A stretch of DNA of 61,721 nt, filler included, from Catajapyx aquilonaris (lineage: Eukaryota): assembly GCA_000934665.2 (NCBI GenBank). It is 2 parts of 2 records of this genome, joined end to end, with 100 filler letters (N's around TTAATTAATTAA, not from the genome) between each part and the next. Parts side by side here need not be neighbours in the genome. Positions count along the whole stretch, not along the records: positions 31,231 to 61,721 come from JYFJ02004634.1; 1 more part is not named here. One strand, given 5' to 3'. The position numbers and the translations under genes were made by a program. This document shows, piece after piece, positions 59,601 through 61,721 of this stretch. How positions within the stretch are numbered: the stretch's first letter is position 1; every line of letters starts with the position of its first letter. The notes beneath the pieces are model-generated. The model ran no database searches. It worked only from the letters and a program-made list of their open reading frames with translations, and was not told the origin of the DNA.

Positions 59601-60052
59601 ATCAGGGCGTTAATAATGGACTCCTTGGTTGCCGAATTTATCACCAGACATGTTTCGTGACGTTTCTGAACCTTACTTTCTCTCTCCCCACCCCCCCCCC
59701 CTCCTCCCCCCTCCTCCTCGTTTCTAGGCTCGTAACACGCCACACCGTTTGAGTACTATTAATTAATGCTTACGCAGGGAAGATATGACGGGCGGGGCTG
59801 GCAAAGATGGCCTATTTGCGGGGAACGCTTAATTATTGCGTTGTGAGCAGCAGAGGGTGGGTGGGAGGGGGCTAGATAGGTGAGTAGGAGGAGAAAATAA
59901 TGAGCGGTGTATGTGTTCGACAGGTGTACATCTCCCAGAGCAACGTGTGTCGCAAAATCGCTGACAGGTCTTCAGGGGCGGACCTGCCCATGACACTGCA
60001 GGACTGGAAGACCAAGGAGGAGCCCTGGAAGAGTTATGGAAGCCTACCGCTG
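53605..60052 (+). CDS. Uncharacterised Cys-containing, probably extracellular protein, partial; exons 53605-53702, 54652-54735, 54803-54947, 55021-55208, 59924-60052; continues beyond the window
   Basis: Five exons with GT-AG boundaries and matching phases (0,0,1,0) give ...EKRCCQVVEEGDTDCD-SMQLIDPIEPVFLYP...CSSPDLDRLNRCAPVDCWMKYEGWRSFWNASRRRCQAVPDC...VYISQSNVCRK.... Start uncertain: in-frame ATG at 53577, or ATGGTGTTTT|gtaagt at ~52722. Confidence 0.75.
55940..56072. mobile_element. Small MITE
   Basis: GGGTGGAATTTTCGTCCCACT ... AGTGGGACGAAAATCCCACCC. Confidence 0.65.
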
Positions 60053-60566
60053 GTATATATGATAATAAAATACGTGGATAAGGGTGACCGTCTGGCGACA
60101 TTGGGACATTGGCATCAAATAATTATGTACTATATGCACAAGATGTTTGGTTTTCTAATGCAACCCTATACATTAGGGCGGCTCGAAAAACACTTTTTTT
60201 CGAAAGTTGTAGTTCGCTAGTGAAAAAAAGTTGCGTTGGGTGATCCTTTTGACAGGTAAAAAATTTGAGTCATGTGGGTTAATATCCTACGGTCCCGCCA
60301 GGGGCGTTTGTGACGCAACTTACGGGTTTTCGTTTTTTGGTGTGTGAGTACACTTACCCGGCCTAAACATGAAAAGTTTTGGCCATTGGGGGTGAAATGT
60401 CGTTATTTTTGCGATATCTTGCACCGTTGACGAGATATTGACCAAAACCCCAGGTTCAAAAATTACACCGTTCTGCAAAAAAAACACTCTCTTTCGCTCT
60501 TTTGAAAACATTTATGTGCTTTTTATGGATTTTGGGGTGCTGAATCCGAATCCGGCAACAGATTTG

Positions 60567-61721
60567 CTCTATCACGTACAGTTCTAGAGATATATCGTTT
60601 CAAAACCTTGGACGGTTTACTTGGGGTCTTTCCGAATCAAGTGGGCCTAATGTTGCTAGACCGTCTCGGATCTTGGTGAAAATAATCCCATATGTACTCA
60701 TCTATTCCTTAACGCTTCCTATAAAAATTCAGCCATATTGCTCAATACTATGATGAGGGGAAAAATCGCAAACATCTGGAAATGGTTGAGAATGAGGCCT
60801 TTTTTGGAGATTTTTTTTTCGGTTAGTGCAAGTGGTCAAACCCCAATGAACATATAATTATATCAAAAGAAAGGGAAACACCTGGACAATGCGCCTATGG
60901 AATTAGTATTCCTCTAAAATGTAAAAATAAATTTTTACAGCATTTCATTTGTCACTTGCACAGTCACATGCCCAAGAATATATTATTGTGACCTCAACAA
61001 TTATAATCGACTGTCCTTGGCCGACTCCCTCTCGTACTTTTACAATTATACAAAAACGTATATCACTGGTTCGGGCAGTCCTGCGGGGAAAACCCTTATG
61101 CAGTCCTGGATATACACTGCGACAACTGTGAAAAACCACAATTCTTGATTTAAGTGTCGTATCTCCCAAAATTTGAGTTTTCTCAAAATATGTACGTTAT
61201 AGAGCCATTCTGACTTCAGATCGGGATTCAGTACACCTTAATCTATATAGTCCATCTACCTTTATCCAAAATAGGATTTTTCTGCAGAACATGTTGAGGT
61301 CACAATATATTCTTGGGCATGTGACTGTGCAAGTGACAAATGAAATGCTATAAAAATTTATTTTTACATTTTAGAGGAATACTAATTCCATAGGCGCATT
61401 GTCCAGGTGTTTCCCTTTCTTTTGGTATAATTATATGTTCATTGGGGTTTGACCACTTGCACTAACCGAAAAGAAATTCTCCAAAAAAGGCCTCATTCTC
61501 AATCATTTCCAGATGTTTGCGATTTTTCCCCTCATCATAGTATTGAGCAATATGGCTGAATTTTTATAGGAAGCGTTAAGGAATAGATGAGTACATCTGG
61601 GATTATTTTCACCAAGATCCGAGACGGTCTAGCAACATTAGGCCCACTTGATTCGGAAAGACCCCAAGTAAACCGTCCAAGGTTTTAAAACGATATATCT
61701 CTAGAACTGTACGTGATAGAG
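60567..61721. mobile_element. Large, young fold-back element cut by the window edge
   Basis: 60567-~60999 is a near-perfect reverse complement of ~61293-61721, with a ~290-bp spacer. Confidence 0.9.

Overview
This is eukaryotic, intron-containing genomic DNA, not a prokaryotic locus. It is most likely an insect or other arthropod (inferred from gene content, GT-AG introns, tRNA-derived SINEs and MITE families). Two conserved housekeeping genes can be rebuilt exon by exon on the minus strand: a mitochondrial thiamine pyrophosphate carrier (SLC25A19/Tpc1; 6 coding exons, 15045-26579) and TFIID subunit TAF12 (3 coding exons, 37996-42541). Four uncharacterised plus-strand genes lie among them: (1) a 239-aa secreted takeout/JHBP (TULIP)-like protein (4677-7693); (2) a ~680-aa, extremely Cys-rich, probably GPI-anchored protein built from an unfamiliar PC-x5-C-x3-5-PC-x2-C repeat (32538-34662); (3) a 522-aa Q/H/P-rich disordered protein with decapeptide repeats (49237-50805); (4) a multi-exon Cys-containing gene that runs off the right edge (53605->60052). 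Introns and intergenic DNA are packed with non-autonomous transposons. These include Tc1/mariner, hAT, PIF/Harbinger, piggyBac-like and Kolobok-like elements, a Helitron helicase relic and several SINE families. Many are nested or form long fold-back palindromes. A 100-nt artificial gap spacer lies at 31131-31230. All calls come from reading the sequence by hand; no database searches were run.
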